Assembly (NCBI GenBank): GCA_026025075.1
Contig: JAPEUI010000069.1
Coordinates: 1 to 64,000 of the forward strand
DNA length: 64,000 nt
Direction: 5' to 3'
Origin: Vezdaea acicularis
Lineage: Eukaryota
This document shows, in pieces, positions 62,940 through 64,000 of the stretch (within the stretch, counting starts at the first letter, position 1; each line of letters opens with the position of its first letter). The notes under the pieces were generated by a model, which was given only the letters and a program-made list of their open reading frames with translations, had not been told where the DNA came from and made no database searches. The position numbers and the translations under genes were made by a program.

Positions 62940-64000
62940 ATGTCATCGGCAGCTTCGGAGGACCCAATCCCCACGCAACCGTCAAAAAATGCACTAAGAA
63001 AAGCAGCAAAAGAGGCGGAAAAAGTGAAGAAGAAAGAAGCAGCGCGGCAACTAGAGCAACAACAGACCAAGCTTGCAGCACAGGACACATCCGCAGACCG
63101 TTATGGGAAAATCTCCGCTGAAGCCACCCCGGTCTTACTGACATCTCTCACGGACCTGCCTGGAAAAGTGGGCGAATCGGTGACGATTGACGTATTTCTT
63201 CATAATGCTCGAAATCAATCCGCAAAGCTTAGTTTCCTGCTTCTTCGGGGTGGCACTGGAACTACAGTGCAGGCTGTTGTGGCCGTAGGGGGAGAAAACA
63301 ATATTTCAAGACAGATGGTCAAGTGGGCAGGTTCGATTAATTGCGAGTCATACCTCCGAGTCACAGGTCTAGTCCTGGAGGCCCCTGAACCTATCAAATC
63401 AGCAACGCTATCAGGTGTGGAGTTGCACATCCAAAATATATATACCATTGCGCAAGCCATAACACAGCTACCTATACAAATTGATGACGCGATATTTGCG
63501 AACACTTTGAAGGCGGAAGCTGGAGAGGCCGATACTTCTGGCAGACCGACTATTGGTCTGGCAACAAGGCTTGACAATCGGGTTCTAGATTTGAGGGTTC
63601 CGGTCAACCAAGCTACTCTCATGATAAAGTCTGGCGTTGACATGCTCTTTTATGAGTTTATGGGCAAGAAAAAGTTCACACGGGTTCACACGCCTAGACT
63701 AATCGGAGGGGCTTCAGAAGGAGGGGCCAACGTTTTCACGGTTGACTACTTCGGACGCAAAGCGTTCTTAGCACAGAGTCCTCAGCTTTACAAGCAAATG
63801 TTGATTGGCAGTGGGCTAGAAGGCGTTTTTGAAGTAGGGCCTGTTTTCAGAGCAGAAAATAGCAACACACACCGCCATATGACGGAGGTGAAACCCTCCT
63901 CCATTTTCAGTTTATTACCCTTCTAACATCACAACCAGTTCACCGGCCTTGACTTTGAAATGCGGATTAAGAACCACTATCATGAGGTCATTGATGTCCT
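62940..64000 (+). CDS. DPS1: cytosolic aspartyl-tRNA synthetase (partial, runs off the window)
   Basis: OB-fold region, TRLDNRVLDLR, SEGGANVF..YF..AFLAQSPQLYKQM, GPVFRAENSNTHRHMTE/FTGLDFEM. Confidence 0.95.

Overview
This is nuclear DNA of a filamentous ascomycete (Pezizomycotina), judged from short GT-AG introns with CTRAY branch points and genes such as pacC, an AA9 LPMO and a Zn2Cys6 factor. It is gene-dense, with about 27 intact spliced genes that are mostly housekeeping: PAL1-like, MED31, RPC11, ankyrin protein, NSE3, SPP1, YMR1, RPS3, SLS1-like, TEF1, pacC, KRI1, SIP3, an SGNH-type protein, an SDR, MRP2, an Arb2-domain protein, AA9, MET16, a secreted Cys-rich protein, SER2, a membrane protein, an ASG1-like TF, AAC, PAM18, RLP24 and partial DPS1. 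The one accessory-looking stretch is about 5 kb between RLP24 and DPS1. It holds a decayed minus-strand gene with an intact His-Cys box (I-PpoI-like) nuclease motif, broken by stop codons that fit C-to-T (RIP-like) mutation. Other notable signals are seven PacC consensus sites in the pacC promoter, two GC-AG introns, an AA9 with a long possibly Kex2-processed His-rich tail, a modular secreted protein with internal repeats, and a putative polysaccharide O-acetyltransferase. No tRNA, rRNA or CRISPR array was recognised. All gene models were built by eye and no database searches were run.
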